A stretch of DNA of 64,000 bases from Tubiluchus corallicola (lineage: Eukaryota; Animalia; Priapulida): assembly GCA_030141605.1 (NCBI GenBank), contig JAQGDQ010000587.1:62001-126000 (forward strand), read 5' to 3'. Each line of letters starts with the position of its first letter. Positions within the stretch are counted from its first letter, which is position 1. The position numbers and the translations under genes are program-made. A model generated the notes under the pieces. That model was not told the origin of the DNA. It saw nothing but the letters and a program-made list of their open reading frames with translations, and did not search any database. Below, in pieces: positions 39,100-51,565 of this stretch.

Positions 39100-40180
39100 A
39101 CAAAATTTTGCATTTTGACGCGTTGTCCCGTGGCACTAAAAGTTCAAGAAATAGTCCTAGGTCACTAATCGTACAACCAAATGAAAGCCCACAAGCAATT
39201 TCCTATTGAACCCTAATAGTAGCCAAGTGTCAATCTGTGAACGTTATGGATATTTTTTAATAATAATAAATCTTTATTCAAGAAATGAACGTATATACAA
39301 AAAGGTGCCTCTTTTTGCAGGCTCAGATCAACAATTTACATTTTCATATAACAAATCTTTTAAATATTTCCAGTTTCACCCTATGTACAAGGAATAACAT
39401 ATTATACTTAAATTAGATTTAATTTCAAATGATTCACAAGTATTATACACATGAATTAAAAGTTATAAAGCTCCAAAGTGCAGGACTATTTCTTGACTTT
39501 TTAGATTCCCGGGACAGCGGGCCAAAATGTAAAATTGTACAAACAAATGTCCAGAACGTGGTCAGAACGACCTAAAGAATCATTCCTGATAGTTTGGTAG
39601 CTGTATCCAATCAGTCCCGTTTTTGGCTAACAGACGGTTTAGTCTAGTGGTAATGCGTCTGCTTTCCGTCTGGGAGGTCGTGAGTTCGAACCAGCGGCCG
39701 GGTCATACCAAAGACTTTAAAAACGGGTACCTGCTTTGTCCTGCCTGACGCGTTGTATTTTAGGGTAATAATGTAGTTGTAGGTTGTTATTTACAGTCAG
39801 CGATAAAAGCTCTTTGAGCTAATGTTAATTGTTGACCCAAAAGCCGACTTTAAATAATAATAATAATAATAAACTACTGATTTTGTGAAATGGATACTCA
39901 TGACGTATCCAAGGTCACTAATCATACCACCATACGAAAGCCCAAATGTATCTTCCTATTCGTCCCTAATAGTAATCAAGCGTCTATCTGTGAACGTTTT
40001 GGAGTTACAAGCCTCCAAAGAACAGGATCATTTGTTGACCTTCTAGTGTTCGCGGACAGCGGGTCAAAATGCAAAATTTTATATAAATGTCCAGAACGTT
40101 GTTAGAATGGCCTAATAGAGACTCATTCCTGAAAGTTTGGCAGCTGTATCCAGTCCCCTTTTTTCGGCTAACACGCCGAA
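39100..40180. repeat. Duplicated dispersed repeat (39100-39630 and 39890-40180) with nested insertions
   Basis: AGGTCACTAATC..GAAAGCCCA..TTCCTATT..CCCTAATAGTA..TCTGTGAACGTT and GGACAGCGGG..AAATGTCCAGAACGT..CATTCCTGA..AGCTGTATCCA each occur in both halves. Confidence 0.7.
39633..39872 (+). mobile_element. tRNA-derived SINE, full length (central domain resembles the MetaSINE type)
   Basis: A-box TAGTCTAGTGG, B-box GAGTTCGAACC, body CCGGGTCATACCAAAGACTTTAAAAACGGGTACCTGC, (AAT)n tail. The superfamily assignment is from memory of that domain. Confidence 0.85.
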
Positions 40181-40662
40181 CAATTCGATTAATCTTAACT
40201 ATAGTTTGCAAATGGACCCTGTTTTCTCCAAGGCAGTATTATAGATTTGCTACACATCTTTCGGTTTTGCTCATATACACCACTTCTGATGGGAGCCTTA
40301 ATTTAATTACGTAATCAGAACTGCTCTACGTCTTGGAGCCTTTCGGGAAGAAATATCCCGCTTTCCTTAGGGATAATTTTGCCGGCAACTTTTATATTTG
40401 ACACAATGATATCAGGTAAGCCTTCTGACGAAATGCAATTTCAACAGTTTACCACAAATATTCTCAGTCATTGCACTGTGGTTGTCAAATATTTACATAG
40501 CGTCTCGACTGCGGGAATTCATCGACGAAAATGCACACAAATATGTCAGATTTCGATATGATTTTCTCGCAAAGATATTTGCCAAAAACGTTTGAGTAAC
40601 GCTAGCGGCACGTATCACGCGATTTCAAGCTACAGAGAAAGAGTTAAGTGACTTATTCTTAA

Positions 40663-41047
40663 AGGAAAGAACAAGTCACTCAGTATGCTGGGTTTATTTT
40701 ACTGCTATCACTTAAACTGTTTGTGGTGTGCTAAAGGAAAGAACAAGTCACTCAGTATGCTGGGTTTATTTTACTGCTATCGCTTAAACTTAGAAAAATA
40801 TAACGAAGATAATTGCAGCGAGTGTGCTACGAATGCTCTAATTATTTTTCCAAACTTTACACAATGTTATCTAAACTTATTTCAAACGATGTGCGGTCAA
40901 AATGACCCCGCCTAACGGTCACCGTGGATGTTAAATTACACAAGTTTTATGCAGCGTTACTACTAACGCAAGCCCTGTGCGCAATGTAATACAAAATTTT
41001 CAAACGAATTTTTTAAGATTTACGTAAGTAAACAGCTTTCTTGTTCT
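40663..41047 (-). mobile_element. Family D-related copy with a duplicated ~57-bp left segment
   Basis: TTAA|AGGAAAGAACAAGTCACTCAGTATGCTGGG occurs twice; family D core at 40850-41000. Confidence 0.6.
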
Positions 41048-41482
41048 TTGAGACAAATTATACCTACTGCTTTTGAAATTTACCAGGAAAGCTATTTTTA
41101 GAGTGGCTACCACGTGGTTTTTCTATCTGCACTGACTGGTTGTTTCATATTGATCATGTCAGTTTTTCCAAGTCTTTGTAAACTCATCTTCTCGGCAGCT
41201 TTCTTATAAAACTCAACGTTTTTATTTGCTGGACGGGATAAGCCGATGAAATGCAGCATCACGGAAAGCTTTTACTGAATCAGGATGCTATTACTGAAAG
41301 GTTAAAACCAACAGATGCTGTGAAACGTCAGAATCTATCGTCCATCAAGTAAATAAGACTGCACCTGCGCCTTATAGCTACCGAAAAAATAAATAGGCCT
41401 ACTGGTGTCTTGCTGACATGCTGCAGAGCTACAGGATAACTACTCAAAAATCAATAACTTCTGCAATTGAACTAAACATTAA

Positions 41483-41972
41483 CCCTTTCATCCCAAATTA
41501 TTTTTTTAATAAAATTTTTTTTTGGCTTGGTACTTTTGTTCAGTATGTCCATCTTGTTTACACATAATAATTATTTTTTTCTACCTGTGCCCGCGTGCTA
41601 AATATAGCCTGTATCCCACGGGATACATTGGGATTCAATGGTTGCTAAACATGACTTTTTTAAAAACACAACAAAAGCAAAAAATGTGCTTCATTTTGCA
41701 ACTGCTGATAATTTTTTAAAGTATTTCAGACATTTAGTGTGCATGCTATGCTGATCTGTACAAAGCCGTCTCTAAAGTACTGTACCTTGCGCAGTTTTTT
41801 ATACTATGTAGATTTTCTAGTTTGCCATTTTATCACCATTTTTAGTCTATTGTTATTGGCTTAAATCAAAATAACTATTAACAGATCAAATAACTGTCAG
41901 TTTTAAAATTTTATTAATTTTAAAGGCAGAAAATATTCTCGTATCCCACGGGATACAACGGGTATGAAAGGG
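41483..41972. mobile_element. piggyBac-type MITE
   Basis: TTAA|CCCTTTCAT ... ATGAAAGGG|TTAA. Internal palindrome GTATCCCACGGGATAC at 41611 and 41941. Confidence 0.85.
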
Positions 41973-41976
41973 TTAA

Positions 41977-42232
41977 AGGAAAACTCGACCAAATCTTGAA
42001 CTATAACTCATAACTATTTATTCTTTAAAACATTGAAAGGAAAACATACTCTTTTTTTCAAAAATGACTTAAATGAAAAAAATCATTGCCACACAAACAC
42101 AATTTCGCATTCGCTTCACTTGTATTTAATCTATTATTTAATAAGCAGAAACGCTTTTCCTGTATTATTGGTGTTAAAATGTATCGGACTTGAAATTGGG
42201 GTAGTACGTGAAAAAACTCATCATATCTTTCT
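41977..42232 (+). mobile_element. Family A, internally deleted copy
   Basis: TTAA|AGGAAAACTCGACC ... ATCTTTCT|TTAA; both ends retained, ~350 bp of the middle missing. Confidence 0.75.
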
Positions 42233-43886
42233 TTAACTTGACTCAAAAAACGGCTCCCCTTCAAACGAAATAAGTAAATTGTTTCATCGTTCTTAGTACA
42301 AAAGCTCTTCCTCTTAGTACAAGACTGCATATTATAGTTAAAGAACTATTTACTTACGAAACTTTAATGACAATGCAAACAACGAAAATCAATAATTTCT
42401 AAATCAAATTCATGCGAATTTTCCCCTAAAATTTTCAGTTTCGTAATAGTTGGGGAATAGCCTTCCTTTTACTCATAGATTCCCAAAAGAACAATGTCGG
42501 GCAAGGAACTACCAAACCAACAAATTTGCCTAAAGCGCATGCGCAAATAACTGTGACACTCCACAGAAATGGGAGATGGAAGGCAACTTCAAGAGCTTCG
42601 GAACTGTTGAAAAATTGACCGCTTAGCGAACAATCAGTCACAGGAATCCATTTGCTAGGAATTGACTGATCGTTTGGCTTGAAATAAGATTGCTCTTCTT
42701 GGAACTAATCGTCTGAGCAACCATTCCCAGGACAATAAACATTCAGCGTGCTGGACTGCCACGTTTAACGAAATGAAAAGTAATATTTCAACTTCGACTC
42801 GTTTGAAATTGAAGCTGAATATTGATGTTCAAGTAGGCACCGTTTTCACATTAATACTCGTTTCTTCCCGAAGTCAAACAAAAAGGTTTCCATTATTAAC
42901 ACTTGCAGCTACCGCTGATAGGTCCACGTAAAGTGATGGAAGTGGTGCTGATAAGCCACTGGCATAGCAGTGTCTAGCATACAGTGCAAACTTGCTTTAC
43001 AATGGACCATTTTATATTAAGATCTTGTTGCTAAATTTGAGCAAAATGCGCCTTAAGTTTGGGCAGTTTTTTAGATTATAATTACTTGAGATTATGTTAA
43101 TTTACATTTTTGTGTTACTAGACAGGGAACTTGCTTCATTAATAATCTTGATTTTAGCAATCACTTTAATACTGTTTGTTTAACATCACTGTAAATAATG
43201 TTATATGCACCATTAAAAAAGCTAATTAATGAATGTGCAATATGTAATGTTGTAGAATTCACTCTGTTCATGTAAACTGTATGATAAAAGAGAAATAATT
43301 AATAAGATTTACATCTTTTAAAGGTTTTTTAAAAACTTTGCTACTCTGAGCGCAGATCAAGGGGGCACCAGGCACCACCAACAGACTCAGGGAGCTGATT
43401 CCAGATTTTAATTATTCTTAAATAACTATGGAAGTTTTTGCTGAATTAATCAAAGTGGTTTATTTATGATATTGCAGCAATGATCAGGCTGAAATAACAA
43501 CAACAAAATAATTACATATAATACTGCCATACCGCATAGAGTGTAAGTACAAATATAAATGTTTCGAATTATACTAATTTAAGAATTGTTCCTTTAATCA
43601 CAAAAGTAAAATTGCAAATAATATACCGTTCTAAATGTTAAACATCTGCTTGACACTGCATGGAGTTCTTATTGTTAAATGTGTTAAAAATTGCCTCCTG
43701 GCAAACAGCAATATGGGTGCCTTCATATGCTGAAATCTTCGAGATCCTCTAATTCTGTTTGAGAAAAAGTTTTTAAAACAACCAAGTCGGCAGTGAGCGG
43801 GCTGTAACTTCAAGCGATGACTCCTGGTTACAATAGATAAAGGTGCTTTGGTAAAAATACATCTTTGTTTATAGCACTGTCACCAT

Positions 43887-44577
43887 GTAATATAGAATAA
43901 CACATTGTCAGATCACAATGTAATATAGAAAAACACATTGCCAGATCACAATGTAATATAGAACAACACATTGTCAGATCACTATGTAATATAGAACAAC
44001 ACATTGTCAGATCACAATGTAATATAGAACAACGCATTGTCAGATCACAAAGTAATATAGAATCACACATTGTCAGATCACAATGTAATATAGAATAACA
44101 CATTGTCAGATCACAATGTAATATAGAACAACACATTGTCAAATCACTGTGTAATATAGAACAACACATTGTCAGATCACAATGTAATATAGAACAACGC
44201 ATTGTCAGACCACTATGTAATATAGAACAACGCATTGTCAGATCACAATGTAATATAGAACAACGCATTGTCAGATCACAATGTAATATAGAACAACACA
44301 TTGTCAAATCACAATGTAATATAGAATAACACATTGTCAGATCACTGTGTAATATAGAACAACACATTGTCAGATCACAATGTAATATAGAACAACGCAT
44401 TGTCAGATCACTATGTAATATAGAACAACGCATTGTCAGATCACAATGTAATATAGAACAACACATTGTCAGATCACTGTGTAATATAGAACAACGCATT
44501 GTCAGATCACAATGTAATATAGAACAACACATTGTCAAATCACAATGTAATATAGAATAACACATTGTCAGATCACA
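43887..44577. repeat. Minisatellite, ~21 x 33 bp
   Basis: TGTAATATAGAACAACACATTGTCAGATCACAA; open on the minus strand as (MCCSILHCDLT)n. Confidence 0.97.
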
Positions 44578-44611
44578 GTTCTACGAAGTTCGAGTGGCTC
44601 AAAACGCTAAT

Positions 44612-44880
44612 CGGTCAGTGTGTGACATACTGTCAAGTTTGCTATCAGTCAGGGTGTGACATACTGTCAAGTTTGCTATCAGTCAGGGTGTGACATACTG
44701 TCAAGTTTGCTATCAGTCAGGGTGTGACATACTGTCAAGTTTGCTATCAGTCAAGGTGTGACATACTGTCACGTTTGCTAATCAGTCAGGGTGTGACATA
44801 CTGTCAAGTTTGCTATCAGTCAGGGTGTGACATACTGTCAAGTTTGCTATCAGTCAGGGTGTGACATACTGTCACGATTG
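44612..44880. repeat. Minisatellite, ~7.5 x 34 bp
   Basis: GTGTGACATACTGTCAAGTTTGCTATCAGTCAGG. Confidence 0.95.
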
Positions 44881-45299
44881 CTCCTAGCAAATACTGCTTG
44901 CCGCTGTCGTCATCTCTTCCATTAATGATGATGACAAAAACTGCTATGTCTCTTTGAAAATTTCCCCGTTGATTGTATCAGCCAAATTTTAACAGCTTTA
45001 TTTGTTTATTGGGTCACCTTTGAATTTCTCCAGTCGTTAAGGTGCAAAAATGACGAAGTTGAATTATTTGGAAATTGCGATTTTGTGTGAATTGCGCACC
45101 CACAAGCTCTTTTATCGAATTTTTACGATTGAATCAATGCGTTGCCGTCACGCGAAGGACTAATAAAAGAGATTCCTTTTATTGCGTCTCCGACTATAAA
45201 AATCAGATTTTCACTGAGACTACTGACAATGACAACACAAAGGCTGGACAACAGAGATGCATCCTTCCAGCAGAACTTTCATGATAAGGGAAGCCACTA

Positions 45300-45565
45300 A
45301 AAACAGGATGATTTTTCTTATACTGTCCATTTTCAAGTCCGAACATATATAGTTTAGCACAATTAATACTGCAAAAGCATTTCTCATAATTACATAATAG
45401 ATTAAAATCTTAATTAATAGATACTAGCTAGCTGTTATAACTGTTACAACAGCGTGGGATTCGAGGCGTTGTCAAGTGTACACAAATGCGTTGTCTGGTA
45501 TACTTAACCTTCGACCTTTTCACGATCATCATCAATCGCTGGAAGTGTGAAAAGGCTTGTTGCCG
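45300..45565. mobile_element. Adjacent family A (minus) and family B fragments
   Basis: ACAGGATGATTTTTC..CATTTTCAAGTCCGA, followed by GTTGTCAAGTGTACACAAATGCGTTGTCTGGTATACTTAACC. Confidence 0.65.
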
Positions 45566-45789
45566 TTACAATTGCTTTGAGCATGACTTAAAACATTGAA
45601 ACTAGAATTAGAGGTTAGTGCTTCCTAGTGGGTTTAAGTTTGGGGTTAGTAGCTTGCTACACGCGTAGATTATTTTTGGAGGATACGTGGGTCAAGGTTC
45701 ATTGGTTGCCATGCCAACTGGCTCAACGACAAAGCAGCAGACTGTTGGACTAATTACCTAAAAATTACCTAATTATCTGCAGTTTTCTA

Positions 45790-46112
45790 AATAAGTATGT
45801 TCTGTTTGGTTATTCTTCCTTGTATTCATTTTGCTTATCAAATTTTATATCATTTTCGTACAAGCAGACTAAAACACCATCCTAGTCACTGAGTTTTGCT
45901 TTCGGTGCATTTCAAAATAACTATGTTCTGCTGGGTTATTCTACCTCGTATTCATCTTGGCTATCAAATTTTATATCATTTTCGTAAAACTGGACTGAAA
46001 AGCGATCCTAGTCACCGAGTTTTGCTTCCAGTGCATTTCAAAATAACTATGTTCTGCTGGGTTATTCTACCTCGTATTCATCTTGGCTATCAAATTTTAT
46101 ACCATTTTCGTG
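45790..46112. repeat. Tandem repeat, ~2.5 x 126 bp
   Basis: TATGTTCTG..GGTTATTCT..TATCAAATTTTATA at ~45797, ~45922 and ~46049. Confidence 0.85.
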
Positions 46113-46590
46113 AAAGCAAACTTCATTATTTTCAACATCACGATACGCACATGATTATGCGTCAAGGGAATTGCCATTAATTTAGTTGCACGTCACAGAC
46201 GACAAAAAGCACAATACGTTTTCGTGAGATGACAACTCTGATGAGAAAGCTAAAAGAGGAGCCCTGTCAGTTCAGCCATTTGCTGCAAATTTCAGAGATA
46301 TGTAAGAACAATAACCGATGCTCGAATTGTCGTAATATTAGCAACACTAATTGTAATCGTAATTGCAATTTATCAGTGGCGGTTTCTAGCTAAAATTAGT
46401 GGGGGTGCTGATTCAGAAAATTTTTAGCCATTGTTTTAATACTGTGTAAAACGTAACAAACGTGTAATATTAATGTTGTAGTTATATTAGAAGATCAGTT
46501 GTTGAACGGCCTCTTTTCTTAACTGCAACTTTCTCACGGAGAGACAGTTGTGAAAAATTATGCTGTTGTAGTTCACTTACTGTCGCAGAA

Positions 46591-47165
46591 CTCAATTCTT
46601 GCAACATTAACAATATTGCATTGAGCTACAGCACACATTAATACCTATTTTACTCAATTTTTACAACATTAACAATATTGCATTGAGCTGCAGCAACATT
46701 AATACTAATTTTAATCTATTCTTGGAACATTAACAACTTTGCATTGAGCTACAGCAACATTAATTCTTATTTATTCAATTCTTACAACATTAACAACATT
46801 GCATTGAGCTGCAGTAGTGTTAATACATATTTTACTCAATTCTTACAATATTAACAATATTGCATTGAGCTGCAGCAACATTAATACTAATTTTAATCTA
46901 TTCTTGGAACATTAACAACTTTGCATTGAGCTACAGCAACATTAATTCTTATTTATTCAATTCTTACAACATTAACAACATTGCATTGAGCTGCAGTAGT
47001 GTTAATACATATTTTACTCAATTCTTGCAACGTTAACAACATTGCTTCGAAATGCAGCAATACTAGTGCTTATTTCACTTATTTTCTGCAGCATTAACAA
47101 CATTTTACTTAGCTGGTACAACAACATTAACACTTATTTGACTCAGTTACTTGCACATTAACAAC
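46591..47165. repeat. ~61-bp minisatellite with a 3-unit (181-bp) higher-order duplication
   Basis: CAATTCTTACAACATTAACAA(T/C)ATTGCATTGAGCT(A/G)CAGCAACATTAAT, ~9 copies. Confidence 0.9.
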
Positions 47166-48049
47166 ACAGCACATTACTCAACAACAACAACATTGGACAG
47201 AACAGCAGCTACGATTGTTCGCTGGAAACAACAATTTACATTGGAAAACTCATCAACTCTTCGTCTGACAGTGGCTGTAGTCGTTGCACGGAGCTGCTTA
47301 ATGAATCTGTCAATGGGGATTGGAGCAGAGCTGAGATCACGTCACTCTGGCTTTCTGGATCGAGTAATTGATGAACAGCAAGACAAGCAAACTATATATT
47401 CTGCAGTTTAATTATCTGGTCAGTGGGCCAAATGTCTAATTTAAATGAGGTTTTGACTGAGAATAGTACAAAGAATGCCCACCAGCGTCGCTCGGATCCT
47501 CACTCGGAAATTGGCATTCTCTTAAAAAATGACAAACGCCTGGAAAGTGGCAATTATAGCAACTTTTTATATGAGTGCTAGTTAGCTTGTTTGGAGCCAA
47601 TAAATGCAAAACTGCACGCAGGTTCAATCAGACAGATTGCTATCGCTCATTTGTAATCTTAATGAATGTGATGATTATCATTAATGATGGAATAATTCCA
47701 CAATGTTAATCTTGAATTTAAGATAATATAAATAATTGATTATTTGCCCACGGAAATTTGGAGCTTAAAATTAATCGAATAAGAATCGTCTAATTAGTTA
47801 GAAACATTCAGGTATGAGCAGTACGCAAGCTTTATACAGCGTTGCTGCTAACGCAGGCTCTGTGTGCAATAAGACATCGTGTAAGTAAAATAAAATTTTA
47901 AGACGACTTTCATGCTTTATTTGTGAAGACTGTTTTCCTGTATTTATATTTTAAAGAAATTGACTTAGGGACACAATCAGTAGTTAAGCAATACTGCCAA
48001 TACAAGATTTCTGCACCCAATACATTTATTAAAGTGATAACAGGAATTA

Positions 48050-48225
48050 GCCTTTTCACTGTTTCGTTGTGCGCACGCGCAGTTGCTGTAGGTCAAAGAT
48101 TAAGTGTTAGCACAGCACCGCGTGTTAACTACAGCCGTCACGTGAATGTGTGTAAAGCAAAGCCGTCTGTCACATCAGTTCAATCACTTCAGTTGTTTTA
48201 CGTAGACTTTGCTTAATTATGCATT
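48050..48225 (+). mobile_element. Family B partial copy
   Basis: GTTGTGCGCACGCGCAGTTGCTGTAGGTCAAAG..AAAGCCGTCTG..TTAATTATGCATT. Confidence 0.75.
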
Positions 48226-49904
48226 GTGGTCGACCTGTTTAACGTTTTGTTCTACTCCAAGTGGCTTTCCACGTACCGTAAAGAGTTAAACTAACTTTAA
48301 TTTTCATTTTACAACAGTAACATTCCAATCATCAGATGGGTGCTAATGGGATGCTGATATTGATTTCTTACCACCATTTGTCATACGCATTTTATTGCGT
48401 CATAGACACATGGCTGCCACGCTGATGATACCCGGGGAACCGGTATGCTTTTCAGCGGTTCGTCGGTCATTAACTGTGGCTTCATTAGATACCGTTTTTC
48501 CTTCGATGAAGCCATGTAAGTGTAACCCAGTAATTACCCCTTCAGCTTGTTGAAGCCATGCAGTACGGTTGATACAGAATCAGTCAAGTTCAGTGGCAAA
48601 AGAAAAGTTGCAAGATCATTTAATGCAAAGCAAAGGTTTCTTTGAAACCGACACTTAGAATTTGCGTATTTGTCGCATAGCCTTTTAACACTAAAACGGT
48701 TTAAGCAACTGAGTAAACTGTCTCAGTGAACAAGTAATTCCCTTGAATGCACGTATGCGTAAACCGTTTCAGAATGTGAACAAATTATTGCATGAATGGG
48801 TATAACACTTCAATTTATTATTCTAAATTTATTTCATACATTTAAAAGTACATAGCATTATATAAAAAATTAAAAAAACGCTCAGCTGTACTATAAAATT
48901 ACGATAGAAACTAATAAAATATTTACATATATACATATGCAACCAGAAACAAAACATAAAAACACAAGACAAATCACTAAAAAATACAATATACAGAGGC
49001 ACAAAATCCAACAAAAGTCACCTTTGCAATGGTAAAAATTGTTGGTTTCATAATGCAAAACGCAGTTTGTACCAATTCGTTCATAAAACTGTATTGCGAT
49101 ATGCAGAGTAAACATACAATTTATCGATGATATCATTAGGTATTTCTGCCAGCCCATTACATAAAGGATGCTGTTATCTTTATTGTAATTACATCCTAGT
49201 TAGGAAAATTAAAATTTACAAATTTTTCGCGAATGCTGCATCTTCCCATAATATTTAAAGAGCCTACGAAATGCATTATTGTGGGCCACCTTTAAAAAAA
49301 GTGTAGCTGTTTTGGAAAAAGTTGCACCAAAGGCGCATGCGTAAAATTGATAATGAGGAATTACGTATGTTGTATTTGAGAGAGTGAAGCACCATTTATT
49401 TACATACTAAATAATACGTAAACAATACAGGTTTATAAAAATTAATTTTAAAACCTCTCAGTACGTTAAACATCCACTGTGTGCCTCTCCGTTTGAAAAC
49501 CAGTAAACCACCTCAGTGTGAAAATGGACAAACCGTCTCAGTAAGCAGAGGAGTAAAGCATTTCAGTTTATGGATGAATAAACCAATTCGTTTGCGGAAG
49601 AGTAAACCGTTTCGGGAAGTCTATGAACAAACCGCTTCAGTGTGTGAATATACCACATCAAAGTGTGACAACAGCAGCCATACACTAACGTACGTAAATA
49701 AACAAAGCATCTCTACACCCCATTCTTCCCGGAAAGACGGAAGAGAATAAAATTCCCTGTTGACAGACGTAAATGGCCTGGTAAGTCGTTTAGATGCAAA
49801 CAAGACATTTTACTTGATTAAATTTCAAAACAAACGTGCAAAGACACGCGCTCAAATCAGAAAAGCTTTACACATTTATTTGCGTTTGTCAACATGCACG
49901 AGAC

Positions 49905-50325
49905 CTGCTAATAAGCCTTTTCGCAGTTTCGTTGTGCGCACGCGCAATTGTTGCAGGTCAAATGTTAAACTACCAGGCAACGCATTTGTATACACTTCAC
50001 AACGCCTCGCAGGCCATCCTATTGTAATAGTAGCAGTTCTAACAATTAACTAGAACCTTGCCTAGTTCATTTTTTCTTGTTCTCAAGCAAGATCCTGCTA
50101 GTAAATTACCCTTAAGTGCAGACTAATGCATAATTAAATAAAGTCCTTATTTAAATTAATTAAATAAGTGACTTTACGGAACTGATGCTGCAGACGACTT
50201 TGCTTTACATACATGTTGCGCGTCGAATGCAGTTAAGACGCGTTGCTGTGATACACTTAACCATTCATCTTCAGCAACTGCGCGTGCGCACAGTGAAACT
50301 TTGAAAAGGCTTTTTAACAGACATC
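49905..50325 (-). mobile_element. Family B complete copy showing long terminal inverted arms
   Basis: AAGCCTTTTCGCAGTTTCGTTGTGCGCACGCGCA (~49912) versus TGCGCGTGCGCACAGTGAAACTTTGAAAAGGCTT (ending ~50312). Confidence 0.75.
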
Positions 50326-51082
50326 TGTAATTGTTTCTCTCATAAAAAATTAAGGAAATGAAGTTCTCATAAAATACATAAATACCCGCGCGGCAGTCTC
50401 TGGCAGGCATTTTTTCTATTAAACCGACAGTGAAATATTAAACCGGGTAGCAATATATAAATTATGCATATAAACAAACCGTGTTCTTACCAAAACCTTT
50501 GATTCCCTTGTTAGAAGCGTGCGATGGACATGGTAAAATATATTACATAAGCAAACGCAGATCAAAGTCTTTGGCGCCAATTTGCAAAATGAAACGCACC
50601 CGAGCGATAGATCGTCAGACTTGGGGGAAATTCGGATCTTGTTCTTAACGTTTTATGTAATTTTCTTCGGCGCACCGTTTCAACCAAAAGCAATCTTCCC
50701 GGAGATCGGCTCTTGCAAGGCTCATAAAATTGCGTTAACTGTCGACCTGACGAACTGGTCGCCGTGAATTTAAATAAGCTAATTTGAATCGAGTCGCTGA
50801 GCAAAGGCCGTGTCAAGATTGCGGAATTTTTTTATCCGGTAATCCTATTTAGAAAATGCGAACAGACGAGTGGCGGTAATGAAGTGGTTCGGAGTTAATA
50901 TTGCAGTGATGAGAAGGTTATTGGACTGCAGTGTTTGTGTTAATTGTTTCTGTTGTCGTCAAATTATCTTCTTCTTTCTATAAATCATTTAAGCATTTTA
51001 CGCACATAAGTAACTCGGGTAAATTTAAAAAAAAATTGGTCGGCCAAGAAGGGACGTTTTGGAAAGAAAACATTTTGCATTA

Positions 51083-51565
51083 GAGAGAAAGAGAAGGAAA
51101 AGAGAACGATAGGGGAGATTGAGGAATGTGGCAGCGAGAGAGAGAGAGGGGGAGGGAAAGAGAGAGGGAGAGGGAGAGAGATACAGATGAAGAGGCAGAG
51201 TAACGAAGTGAGAGCTAGAGAGAGAGAGAGAGAGAGAGGGGGGGAGGGAAAGAGAGAGGGAGAGAGATACAGATGAAGAGGCAGAGTAACGAAGTGAGAG
51301 CTAGAGAGAGAGAGAGGGGGGAGGGGGAGAGAGAGGGAGAGGGAAAGAGAGAGGGAGACAGATACAGATGAAGAGGCAGAGTAACGAAGTGAGAACTAGA
51401 GAGAGAGAGAGAGAGAGAGAGAGTAGATAGGGAGGGAGAGGGAGAACGAGAAGGGAAAGGAGGGATAGAAGGAGATAGTGAGAGAAAGAGAGGGAGGATG
51501 AGGAAGTGAGCGAGAAAGTGACAAAGAGAAAGTGAGAGAGAGAGAGAGAGAGAAGAGGGAAAGAA
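51083..51565. repeat. GA-rich polypurine tract with a 3-copy embedded unit
   Basis: GATACAGATGAAGAGGCAGAGTAACGAAGTGAGA(G/A)CTAG occurs three times. Confidence 0.9.

Larger units (their letters stand above)
43300..44885 (-). mobile_element. CR1-type LINE 3' end with two internal tandem arrays
   Basis: Minus strand EPLELRR..(CDLTMCYSILH)n..GDSAINKDV..HRLKLQPAHCRLGCFKNFFSNRI, an insertion at ~43420-43745, then IKIWNQLPESV. Collinear with 3410-4310. Confidence 0.8.

Noticed and set aside
47200-47400. Protein-like minus-strand frames (VHQLLDPESQSDVISALLQ..; PIDRFIKQL..)
   Set aside because: No convincing splice sites or recognisable domain, so they cannot be distinguished from chance.
50486-50520. 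Minus-strand KGIKGFG|gtaag resembling an annexin exon end
   Set aside because: There is an in-frame stop a few codons upstream with no acceptor, and it is on the opposite strand to the 35647 fragment.
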